Shown: positions 10,809-21,680, numbered from the stretch's first letter. The stretch is DNA of 28,765 bases from Vicinamibacterales bacterium (GCA_036380235.1 DASVFC010000056.1:1-28765), one strand, 5' to 3'. The notes: a model not told the origin generated them from the letters alone. Translations and numbers: made by a program.

Positions 10809-11140
10809 CCCGCGGAGTGCACACGCCGTGGCAGCTCAAGAAGTCCGAAGCGCCGACGATCGTGATCGACGATGCGCTCGCGCCGGCCCGCGATACCTCG
10901 GTGCCGCGCATTCGCTGCCCGAAATGCTTCTGGCAGCCGGATCGTTCGAGCACCTGGCTGTGTCTCAGCGGCCCCGGACCCGAACCACCGTTCGACTCGT
11001 GCGGCACGTCATGGAACACGTTCGACACCGGCGGCCGGTGTCCCGGTTGCAGTCACCAGTGGCAATGGACCACGTGCCTGCATTGTCATGAATGGTCGCC
11101 GCACCTGGATTGGTATGGGGATCGCGAGGCTGAGCAGTAA
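10805..11140 (+). CDS. Small Cys/Trp-rich hypothetical protein, probable double zinc ribbon
   Basis: 111 aa with 8 Cys (CPKC, C53/C66, CPGC, CLHC) and 8 Trp; ATGA overlap with the ubiX stop. Confidence 0.8.
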   Translation: MTRGVHTPWQLKKSEAPTIVIDDALAPARDTSVPRIRCPKCFWQPDRSSTWLCLSGPGPEPPFDSCGTSWNTFDTGGRCPGCSHQWQWTTCLHCHEWSPHLDWYGDREAEQ

Positions 11141-11849
11141 GGTCGCGTCGATCGGCGCGCTGATTGCATCCGTCGTTGGCTGCGGCGGCGCGGTCGCGAA
11201 GCAGCAACCCGCATCGGCTGACGTCGCGCCTGCACGCACTCGCATGGTGGATGACCAGCTCATCGCGCGCGATATCAAGGACCCGCGCGTCCTCGACGCG
11301 ATGCGGCGCGTCCCGCGCCACGAGTTCGTTCCCGAGGCGATGCGCAGCAACGCCTACATGGATTCGCCCCTGCCAATCGGCCACGACCAAACCATCTCGC
11401 AGCCTTACATTGTCGCCTTCATGTCCGAGGCGCTGCAGCTCGAGCCCTCGCATCGCGTGCTCGAGATTGGCACGGGCTCGGGATATCAAGCCGCGATTCT
11501 CGGCGAGCTCGCAAAGGAGGTGTACACGATCGAGATCGTGGCGCCGCTTGCCGATCGCGCTCGAGCCACGCTGAAGCAACTCGGCTATACGAACATTCAC
11601 GTGCGAACCGGCAACGGTTACCTCGGCTGGCCAGAACAGGCGCCGTTCGATCGCGTAATGGTAACCGCCGCGCCCGAGGCGATCCCGCAGCCGCTGATCG
11701 ACCAGTTGAAGGTCGGCGGTCTGATGGCGATTCCGGTGGGAGTCGGCGACCAGGAACTTCGCGTCCTGCGCCGCACCAGCACGGGCATGGAGACGCTGCG
11801 CACGTTACCCGTGCGCTTCGTGCCGATGACCGGCAAGCCGAAGCCCTAA
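11115..11849 (+). CDS. pcm: Protein-L-isoaspartate(D-aspartate) O-methyltransferase with N-terminal lipoprotein-like signal
   Basis: VPRHEFVP, AYMDSPLPIGHDQTISQPYIVA, SAM motif VLEIGTGSGYQAA, APFDRVMVTAA, VRFVPM. ATG 11115 is the only ATG/GTG/TTG in frame in the 43 codons before RMVDDQL. Confidence 0.92.
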   Translation: MGIARLSSKVASIGALIASVVGCGGAVAKQQPASADVAPARTRMVDDQLIARDIKDPRVLDAMRRVPRHEFVPEAMRSNAYMDSPLPIGHDQTISQPYIVAFMSEALQLEPSHRVLEIGTGSGYQAAILGELAKEVYTIEIVAPLADRARATLKQLGYTNIHVRTGNGYLGWPEQAPFDRVMVTAAPEAIPQPLIDQLKVGGLMAIPVGVGDQELRVLRRTSTGMETLRTLPVRFVPMTGKPKP

Positions 11850-11867
11850 ACAAACGCACGGCTGAAA

Positions 11868-11873
11868 TATACT
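11868..11873 (+). promoter_or_regulatory. Candidate -10 box TATACT for the VPS10/BNR gene
   Basis: Same hexamer as upstream of katG, in the 69-bp gap; GAGG lies 9 nt before ATG 11919. Confidence 0.4.
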
Positions 11874-11918
11874 CACCTGCTACGGTTCGACCGTTCTTTG
11901 CAGCCGAGGTTTTAGCCC

Positions 11919-15098
<3,180 letters not shown>

Positions 15099-15989
15099 AT
15101 GCGCCTCGCGCTGCTGCTTGCGGCGGTTCTTGCGCTGTCGGTGTCGGCGCAGGAGCCGCTGTCTGTTGCGGTGGTACGCGAGGATGGCTACCTCGTCCCG
15201 ATGGTCACGGTCCGCGGCGACGAATATGCGCCGCTGACCACCTTTGACGACATCCACAACAAGTCGTCTTTCACCCGGCAAGCTGCGGAACTCACAGGCG
15301 AATGGCGCTGGTGGCGAGTCGGCGGCAGCGAAGCGCCGCCCCTGACAACCATCCAGCGCGCGTTCGTTCATAACCACTGTTCCACCGAAGAGGCCTGGCA
15401 GACGACGGTGAAGGGCAAGCAGGTCGAGCCGTCCGTGGCGGACATTGGAAAGATCGGCATCGCGGTGCGCAACGGCGAGGTTGTGGCTGCGGAGGACTTG
15501 ACAGGCCGGCCGGACCAGGCGAGCCGCAAGTTCGTACCGCTGATAGTCAGCCTCGCGCATTCGCGCGAAGCCGAACGCCTGCGCACCGAAACGACGAACC
15601 CGATCCACGAGTTCGACCGGGCGACACGGGCAGCACGCGCCGTGGTCATCGAGAAGTTGATCCGTCATCAAGACGCGGGCCTGGCCGTGTACTACTTCGA
15701 AGCCGTCAAGAAATACGGATACATCCGCGCGTTCACCACCGGTTGGCTCGTCGAAACCGGCGGCGCCGTGCAGCCGCGAGATGTGAAGTTTCAAATGGAC
15801 GACGATGGCTACAAAGAGAACGAGCGCGCCTACGCTCTCGGCATCATTCCCTACGCGAATGGCCGTCGGGCCGCCTGGTTGGTGACCTCGGTGGCGGAGG
15901 GTGTTAAGCAATGTGCGACTTTGGCCAGCATCATCACGATCACAAGGACTTCGGCTTCCTGGTCGACGTGCCCGAGATCCGCGCGCTAA
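15099..15989 (+). CDS. Exported hypothetical protein (3' end uncertain)
   Basis: Signal peptide MRLALLLAAVLALSVSA-Q; starts immediately after the upstream TAA. The last 79 bp overlap the next gene in another frame. Confidence 0.65.
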   Translation: MRLALLLAAVLALSVSAQEPLSVAVVREDGYLVPMVTVRGDEYAPLTTFDDIHNKSSFTRQAAELTGEWRWWRVGGSEAPPLTTIQRAFVHNHCSTEEAWQTTVKGKQVEPSVADIGKIGIAVRNGEVVAAEDLTGRPDQASRKFVPLIVSLAHSREAERLRTETTNPIHEFDRATRAARAVVIEKLIRHQDAGLAVYYFEAVKKYGYIRAFTTGWLVETGGAVQPRDVKFQMDDDGYKENERAYALGIIPYANGRRAAWLVTSVAEGVKQCATLASIITITRTSASWSTCPRSAR

Positions 15990-16558
15990 TCGACGAGACG
16001 CGCCGCCTGACGAAAGAGATTGCGGACACGCCGGCGCGCGTTGAAGCGTTGCGGCCGGCCTTCGGCAGGCTGCTGGCGGCGGATGGCTGGTTGCCCAAGG
16101 AATACAGCGAACCCGACCGCAAGAGCGGAATGGGTGGCGGCATCGGACAGTACGCGCTGTATCGCGCCGAGGATGGATCGCTGTGCCTGTTCTCGCTCGT
16201 GATTCCTCCTGGCGCGCAAACGCCCATTCACGATCACCTCGCGTGGGGGCTCATCGGCGTCTATCGCGGCGTGCAGGATGAAACGGTATATCGCCGGCTC
16301 GATGACGCCGCCGACGAATCGCGAGCACAACTCGAAGTGGCGCGTCAGCAAACCGTGAAGCACGGCGACTTCTACACGCTGCTGCCGCCGCTCGACGACA
16401 TTCACTATGTGAAGACAGTGTCCGACGTGCCGTCGATCTCGATTCACCTGCTCGCCAACGATACCGCGTGCGTGACGAGGCATCGCTTCGACGCCGCCAC
16501 CGGCATCGTCACGCCGTTCCGCTCCGGATACTCGAACGCGAAGTGCGACGATCGGTAG
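15911..16558 (+). CDS. Cysteine/thiol dioxygenase family cupin (Gln-type, 3-mercaptopropionate dioxygenase-like)
   Basis: SD GGAGG 10 nt upstream; PPGAQTPIHDHLAWGLIGV (HxH), DDIHYV (third His), SISIH. Confidence 0.8.
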   Translation: MCDFGQHHHDHKDFGFLVDVPEIRALIDETRRLTKEIADTPARVEALRPAFGRLLAADGWLPKEYSEPDRKSGMGGGIGQYALYRAEDGSLCLFSLVIPPGAQTPIHDHLAWGLIGVYRGVQDETVYRRLDDAADESRAQLEVARQQTVKHGDFYTLLPPLDDIHYVKTVSDVPSISIHLLANDTACVTRHRFDAATGIVTPFRSGYSNAKCDDR

Positions 16559-16564
16559 GCCTGT

Positions 16565-16635
16565 CCTAAACGATCGAAGGGCCCGCCCTGAGCGAGGATC
16601 GAGACTTCGAAGAAGTCTCGATGCGAGTCGAAGGG
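16565..16635. repeat. Two tandem REP-like elements CCT(G/A)A(G/A)CGA...TCGAAGGG, the second with an internal perfect 11-bp hairpin
   Basis: Copy 1 at 16565-16581, copy 2 at 16587-16635; stem ATCGAGACTTC (16598-16608) - GAA - GAAGTCTCGAT (16612-16622). Confidence 0.75.
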
Positions 16636-16702
16636 TACGCAAATTCTGCTTCTTGCCTTCCCGGTCCGACGATGAGACCGTCGTCGACATGGGAGGCGAG
16701 TT

Positions 16703-17287
16703 ATGAGTGAACGTCCGACGGTGTGGGGAGAGCTGCCGCCGGCTGGAACGGTGCTCACGACCGCGGAGTACCTGCAGACCGCCGAGTCACTTCGCGTGCA
16801 GGAGCTGATCTTCGGCACGCTTCGCGTCGCCGGCTCACCAACGTTCCGTCATCAAGATCTGTTGCTCGAGCTCGCCGTCCTGATGCGCGTGTTCGTTGCT
16901 CAGCACAAGCTCGGCACGGTGTGCATTGCTCCTCTTGACGTGATTCTCGATCCGGCGCGCGCGCTGGTCGTGCAGCCCGACCTGTTCTTCGTGTCGCGGA
17001 CCCGTCAGGAAATCATCAGCAACCGCGTGTGGGGCGCCCCCGATCTGGTGGTTGAAGTGCTGTCACCGCAACCTCGCATCGGCCAACTCGACGAACGGGT
17101 CGAATATTTCTCTCATTACGGCGTCCGCGAATGCTGGCTGATGCATCAGCTCACGAAGCACATCGAGGTCCTGCAGCTCAACGCCACGGGCGTGGCCGCG
17201 CGCCGGATGTATCGGGATGTGGAGCGCATGGAGTCGAACGTGTTACCAAATTTCGACGTCTCCCCGGCGCTGCTGAGCTGCTGGTAA
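16703..17287 (+). CDS. Uma2 family (DUF820) PD-(D/E)XK-fold protein
   Basis: SD GGGAGG; ELIFG, SPTFRHQ, VVQPDLFFVS, GAPDLVVEVLSP, YGVRECWL. Confidence 0.9.
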   Translation: MSERPTVWGELPPAGTVLTTAEYLQTAESLRVQELIFGTLRVAGSPTFRHQDLLLELAVLMRVFVAQHKLGTVCIAPLDVILDPARALVVQPDLFFVSRTRQEIISNRVWGAPDLVVEVLSPQPRIGQLDERVEYFSHYGVRECWLMHQLTKHIEVLQLNATGVAARRMYRDVERMESNVLPNFDVSPALLSCW

Positions 17288-18889
17288 TCAGCGCGTGCGC
17301 AGGCGGTAGATCGTGATGTCGCCTTCGCTGGCGATCGGCTGCAGCGTCGGGACCCTTGCAACCTCGGCCACTTTTGTCGCACCCAGCGCTTCGAGGTGGA
17401 CGACGACATGAGTCACACCCAGTTCGTGAAGCCTGACCAGCGACTGGTCTGACGGGAACTCGCGAGCCGCTTCGTACGAGCGTTCGTAAGACTCCGGCCG
17501 AAAGCCGCTGTAACCGTTCAACAGCGGGTGCCAGTGACGCGTCGAGTTCACCATGTAGGGACCGTTAAGGAACCACTGCCCGGGCATCGGAAAGGGCAGC
17601 TCGACGACCACGGCGCGGCGCTCGGCCTTCAGGGCGTCGTAGACCGCGGGAACACGATCGAACCAGATGAAGCCGATCGGAGCCCGTAAAGCTTCGGCAT
17701 TGACCGCGATCACGATGATGACAGCGACGGCCTTCCACCATCGCACAGCTCCCCACCGGCGCTGCAGCGATGCCACACCGAAGCCCGCCAGCACGGCGAT
17801 CATCAACAACACGAACTGGCCGAGGTGTGCCTGCACGCGGACCGCCTGCAGCAACGGGATCGTTTCGTGCAGCGCCGGATAGAACGGCCACCGTCCGACC
17901 ATTGACGCGGCAAAGCAGCCGGCGCCGGCTACGGCACACATCCATACGCGGGCATCGCGACGGAAGGAACTCACGAGCGCGGTCAGCGCGAGCAACACCG
18001 CGACGAACCCCGGGAAGGAATAGGACGCCGCAGACGAAATGTACGGTCGGCTCCACGACAAGTGAATGCGGGCGCCGGTCGCGCGGTAATCGTTCCAGCT
18101 GGCGGCAATCACATCGTCGGCGCCGCGCTCGAGGCCAGACGACTTCAAGGCCAGATAGATCGATAAATAGGGATACAACAGCAGCAGCGCAACTGCCGCA
18201 GCGGCAACAAACCGCAGCGCCATTGCTCCGATGCCGGCGCGCCAGAGCTCGCGAACGCGCGCCAGCGTCGCGAACAGCAGCGCCCAGACCGCGAACACCA
18301 TCAGATAGATCGACGTCATGGCGTGCAACGCGAAGCCGGCCGCGAGCAGGCAGGCGTCACGGAACCGCTTCGAGACGATCAGGCGATCGAGCGCGAACAG
18401 CGCCAGTGCGAAGAACTCGAGGTGCAAGGTCTGCAAGTGCGCGATGCGTACCAGCGTGTGCGCGTTGAATGCCGCCAGGGATCCGCTGACGTAGCCTGCG
18501 GCCCAACTGCCGGTCCATCGCTGCACCAGCAGGCAGAAGGCCCATCCGGTCAGCACGAACCCGGCGAAGACGGCAATGTTGAACGCCAACACCGGCGGTG
18601 CGCCAAGCGCAATTGCCGGGGCGGCAATGGCGCCTTGCACGAGCATCATCTCCGAAAGAGCAAGCGCTTTCCGCTCGGGGTAAAAGATGTTGGCGTCGGC
18701 GATGTGCAGCGGATCGCGGAACAGGTGCGTGCCGACCCAGTTGACTGCCCAGATGTTGAGCGCGCCGTCGCCGTTGTCAACGCGCGCCCAGTGCGCCGGC
18801 TCGTGGGCGATCGGCCACGTCTGCACCGCCGTTAGCGCAACGAACACCAGCAACGCCGCGAGAACCAGCCGTGTATGATTGACTCTCAC
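17288..18889 (-). CDS. Polytopic membrane protein, probable GT-C-fold glycosyltransferase-like
   Basis: N-terminal TM followed by an acidic loop (VDNGDG), many hydrophobic helices, soluble C-terminal domain (HWHPLLNGYSGF, GVTHVVVH). Start is GTG 18889 or ATG 18907. Confidence 0.6.
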   Translation of the reverse strand: MRVNHTRLVLAALLVFVALTAVQTWPIAHEPAHWARVDNGDGALNIWAVNWVGTHLFRDPLHIADANIFYPERKALALSEMMLVQGAIAAPAIALGAPPVLAFNIAVFAGFVLTGWAFCLLVQRWTGSWAAGYVSGSLAAFNAHTLVRIAHLQTLHLEFFALALFALDRLIVSKRFRDACLLAAGFALHAMTSIYLMVFAVWALLFATLARVRELWRAGIGAMALRFVAAAAVALLLLYPYLSIYLALKSSGLERGADDVIAASWNDYRATGARIHLSWSRPYISSAASYSFPGFVAVLLALTALVSSFRRDARVWMCAVAGAGCFAASMVGRWPFYPALHETIPLLQAVRVQAHLGQFVLLMIAVLAGFGVASLQRRWGAVRWWKAVAVIIVIAVNAEALRAPIGFIWFDRVPAVYDALKAERRAVVVELPFPMPGQWFLNGPYMVNSTRHWHPLLNGYSGFRPESYERSYEAAREFPSDQSLVRLHELGVTHVVVHLEALGATKVAEVARVPTLQPIASEGDITIYRLRTR

Positions 18890-18905
18890 CTCGTCCGACG
18901 ACGCC

Positions 18906-20279
18906 ATGCAGAGAAGAATCTATAACAACATCCTCGAAACCATCGGCAACACGCCGATGGTCCGGCTCAATCGCATCCCGAAAGACCTCGTCGCTGCCGA
19001 CGTCTACGCCAAAATCGAGACCACCAACCCCGGCAACTCGATCAAGGACCGCATGGCGATCAAGATGATCGAAGACGCCGAGAAAGCGGGCAAGCTGAAG
19101 CCGGGCGGTACCATCATCGAGGGCACCTCGGGCAACACCGGTATGGGCCTGGCGATCACCGCCGTGGTCAAGGGCTACAAGTGCGTGTTTACCACCACCG
19201 ACAAGCAGTCGAAGGAGAAGGTGGATGCGCTGCGCGCGTTCGGCGCCGAGGTGATCGTGTGCCCCACCGACGTCGACCCCGAAGATCCGCGGTCGTATTA
19301 CTCGGTGTCGTCACGGCTCGAGCGCGAGACGCCGAACTCGTGGAAGGCGAATCAGTACGACAACCCGTCGAATGCGCAGGCGCATTACGAGCAGACCGGC
19401 CCTGAGATTTGGGAACAGACCGACGGCCGGGTCGACCACCTCGTGGTCGGCGTCGGCACCGGCGGCACCATCTGCGGCGTGGCGAAGTACTTGAAGGAAC
19501 GCAAGCCCTCGGTGAAAGCGTGGGGCATCGACACGTACGGCTCGGTGTTCAAGAAATACAAAGAGACCGGCATCTTCGACAAGAACGAGATCTATCCGTA
19601 CATCACCGAAGGCATCGGTGAGGACTTCCTGCCACAGAACGTCGACTTCAGCCTGATCGATCATTTCGAGAAGGTCACCGATCGAGACGCGGCGATCATG
19701 ACGGGCCGCATTGCCCGCGAGGAAGGCATCTTCGCCGGCAACTCGGCGGGATCGGCAATGGCCGGCCTGCTGCAGCTCGCCGATCGGTTCAAGAAAGGTG
19801 AAACGGTGGTCGTGATCTTTCACGATCACGGCACCCGTTACCTGGGCAAGATGTACAACCCCGACTGGATGCGCGAGAAGGGTTTCCTCGACCCGAAGGG
19901 TCTCACCGCGCGCGATCTCGTCGTCAATCGCACCAAGGCGCCGCTGGTGACCATCGATCGCAACGCCACCGTCGAGACCGCGGCGCACATCATGACCGAG
20001 AATGCGTACTCGCAGATTCCCGTGACCTCCGACGGCCGCATGATCGGCACGGTGAACGAGGGCTATCTGTATTCGGCGATCGTCAAGAACCCGGAAGTGG
20101 TGAAGGGCGGAGTTGAGGCGATCATGCAGCCGGCACTGCCTTTTGCCGACATCTCCACGAGCGTCGATGCGTTGTCGGCGATGCTGACGCCGGATAGTCC
20201 GGCGGTGCTGGTGCGCGACTTCAAGCTCGACGCGACGTACATCATCACCCGCTGGGACATCATCAAGGCGCTGTCATGA
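18906..20279 (+). CDS. cbs: Cystathionine beta-synthase (PLP-dependent) with C-terminal CBS-domain pair
   Basis: ETIGNTPMV, NPGNSIKDR (PLP Lys), EGTSGNTG, NQYDNP, GVGTGGT, EGIGEDF, HDHGTRYLGK, C-terminal CBS domains (YSQIPV). Confidence 0.92.
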   Translation: MQRRIYNNILETIGNTPMVRLNRIPKDLVAADVYAKIETTNPGNSIKDRMAIKMIEDAEKAGKLKPGGTIIEGTSGNTGMGLAITAVVKGYKCVFTTTDKQSKEKVDALRAFGAEVIVCPTDVDPEDPRSYYSVSSRLERETPNSWKANQYDNPSNAQAHYEQTGPEIWEQTDGRVDHLVVGVGTGGTICGVAKYLKERKPSVKAWGIDTYGSVFKKYKETGIFDKNEIYPYITEGIGEDFLPQNVDFSLIDHFEKVTDRDAAIMTGRIAREEGIFAGNSAGSAMAGLLQLADRFKKGETVVVIFHDHGTRYLGKMYNPDWMREKGFLDPKGLTARDLVVNRTKAPLVTIDRNATVETAAHIMTENAYSQIPVTSDGRMIGTVNEGYLYSAIVKNPEVVKGGVEAIMQPALPFADISTSVDALSAMLTPDSPAVLVRDFKLDATYIITRWDIIKALS

Positions 20280-20280
20280 T

Positions 20281-20314
20281 GGGTTGAGGGATTGAGGGAT
20301 TGAGGGATTGAGGG
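20281..20314 (+). repeat. 8-bp tandem repeat (GGGATTGA)n with five GGG tracts
   Basis: GGGTTGA-GGGATTGA-GGGATTGA-GGGATTGA-GGG fills the 36-bp gap between the convergent cbs and MFS stops. Confidence 0.92.
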
Positions 20315-20315
20315 C

Positions 20316-21539
20316 TTACAGACTTCGGCCCTTGGTTTCAGGGCCGAGCCACAGGAAAGTCACGATTCCCAACCCGCCGGCGAGGATGCACCACATCATC
20401 GCGGTGCGCAGATCGGTGCCGCCGTCGGTCAACGCGCCGATCAGGATCGGCGCGAACGCGCCGATGCCTACCCCGACGTGATACGAGAACCCGGTCCCGA
20501 CGCCGCGCGCCTCGGTTGGAAAGCGCTCGGAAAGATATCCGGGCACGATGCCCCACGCGCCCGAGGCAAGAAACCCGATCAGCCATGCGCCCAGCATCAG
20601 CCCGGCGCTCGTGCTTGAAAACAAATACACCGGCGCCGAGGCCATGCCGAGGACGATGCCGAGGGTGGCGGCGCCGCGGCGCCCTCCCCACTTTTCCGAC
20701 AACGCACCAAACGCGAGCGAGCCGATCAACCCGCCGGCGTTCAACAACAGCAAAAACGCGAGTGGCTGTTGTTTCAAGCTGCCCAGCAGGGTGGGATACC
20801 AAATCGTCGTCGACTGGTACATCCAGACGAATGCGCCCATCAGGACGGAGGTGTGCAGCGTTACCCAGCGCAGATCGGGATCGAACAATCGCGCCAGCGA
20901 CAGGCGGCCCGGCGAATTGCCGCGCAGGCGCTTCTGCTCGAGCCACAGCGGGCTTTCGCTGACGCGCGTCATCAGGTAGAAGATCACGATCGCCGGCAGC
21001 ACGCCGGCCCACAACATCAACCGCCAAGCGCGATCGGGGTTGTCGTCGATCAACGGATAGCCGAGCTGGTAGACCAGCGACGACAGCAGGAACCCCGCGG
21101 AATAGCCGCCTTGCAGAATCCCCGATGCGATGCCGCGATGCTTGGCCGGCCACTGCTCCAGCGCCAGCGGCATTCCCGCCGCCCACATGCCGCCCATGCC
21201 GATGCCGAACAACCCGCGGAAAGCGAACAACATCACGTAACTGGTCGACAGTCCGCTCAGGAACGCGAAGGCGGTAAACCACGCGATCGAAAACAGGATG
21301 GGGCCCTTGCGGCCATAGCGATCGGCGAGCGTGCCGGCGCCGATGCCGCCGACCATGCGGAACAGCAACGTTACGGTAGCGAGCGCGCCGGCGAGGGTGG
21401 CATTGACCTCGAAGCTGCGGCGAATGTCGGTCAGGACGAACGTGATGATCGTGAAATCGAAAGCGTCGAGCGTCCAGGCGGCGAACGTCGTCAGGAACGT
21501 CTTCCATTCCTGGCGGGAAACCTCTTTGTACCAACGCAT
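20316..21539 (-). CDS. MFS transporter, SHS/NanT-JEN-like family
   Basis: From ATG 21539 (MRWYKEVS): WTLDAFDF, motif A GTLADRYGRK, GIGMGGMW, EQWPAKHRGIASGILQGGYSAG, SERFPTEARG. Confidence 0.9.
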   Translation of the reverse strand: MRWYKEVSRQEWKTFLTTFAAWTLDAFDFTIITFVLTDIRRSFEVNATLAGALATVTLLFRMVGGIGAGTLADRYGRKGPILFSIAWFTAFAFLSGLSTSYVMLFAFRGLFGIGMGGMWAAGMPLALEQWPAKHRGIASGILQGGYSAGFLLSSLVYQLGYPLIDDNPDRAWRLMLWAGVLPAIVIFYLMTRVSESPLWLEQKRLRGNSPGRLSLARLFDPDLRWVTLHTSVLMGAFVWMYQSTTIWYPTLLGSLKQQPLAFLLLLNAGGLIGSLAFGALSEKWGGRRGAATLGIVLGMASAPVYLFSSTSAGLMLGAWLIGFLASGAWGIVPGYLSERFPTEARGVGTGFSYHVGVGIGAFAPILIGALTDGGTDLRTAMMWCILAGGLGIVTFLWLGPETKGRSL

Positions 21540-21546
21540 TGGGGGA

Positions 21547-21552
21547 ATTCTA
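21547..21552 (-). promoter_or_regulatory. -10 box TAGAAT, leaderless geometry for the MFS gene
   Basis: The - strand reads TAGAAT-TCCCCCA-ATG (7-nt spacer); no SD sequence. Confidence 0.6.
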
Positions 21553-21554
21553 GT

Positions 21555-21665
21555 CGGGAACCGGGAGCCGGGAACCGGGAACCCGGGAGCCGGGAGCCGG
21601 GAGCCGGGAACTGAGGAACCGCATTTCGAACTCCCGGATCCCGGTTCCCGGATCCCGGTTCCCGG
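21555..21665. repeat. Heptamer array: 8 x CGGGA(A/G)C, spacer, then 5 inverted units (A/T/C)TCCCGG
   Basis: Left arm 21555-21611, right arm 21631-21665. The right-arm units are reverse complements of CCGGGA(A/G/T). Confidence 0.93.
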
Positions 21666-21680
21666 CAAACGCTTTTCACT

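Noticed and set aside
11075-11089. CLHCH as a c-type heme-binding motif
   Set aside because: The protein has no signal peptide or TM anchor, and the Cys pair is one of four in a zinc-ribbon pattern.
16703-17287. Uma2 as an anti-phage or restriction-modification system
   Set aside because: Solitary gene with no methylase, toxin partner or other defence genes; Uma2 paralogues are commonly scattered and mostly without shown activity.
15911-20279. Thiol dioxygenase + cbs as a sulfur-metabolism cluster
   Set aside because: Separated by two unrelated genes, one on the opposite strand, with no shared motif seen; proximity alone is not enough.
21540-21668. 43-aa Pro/Gly-rich N-terminal extension of the MFS ORF, and short ORFs over the heptamer array
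   Set aside because: These are simply translations of the repeat; a -10 box 7 nt before ATG 21539 supports the shorter gene.
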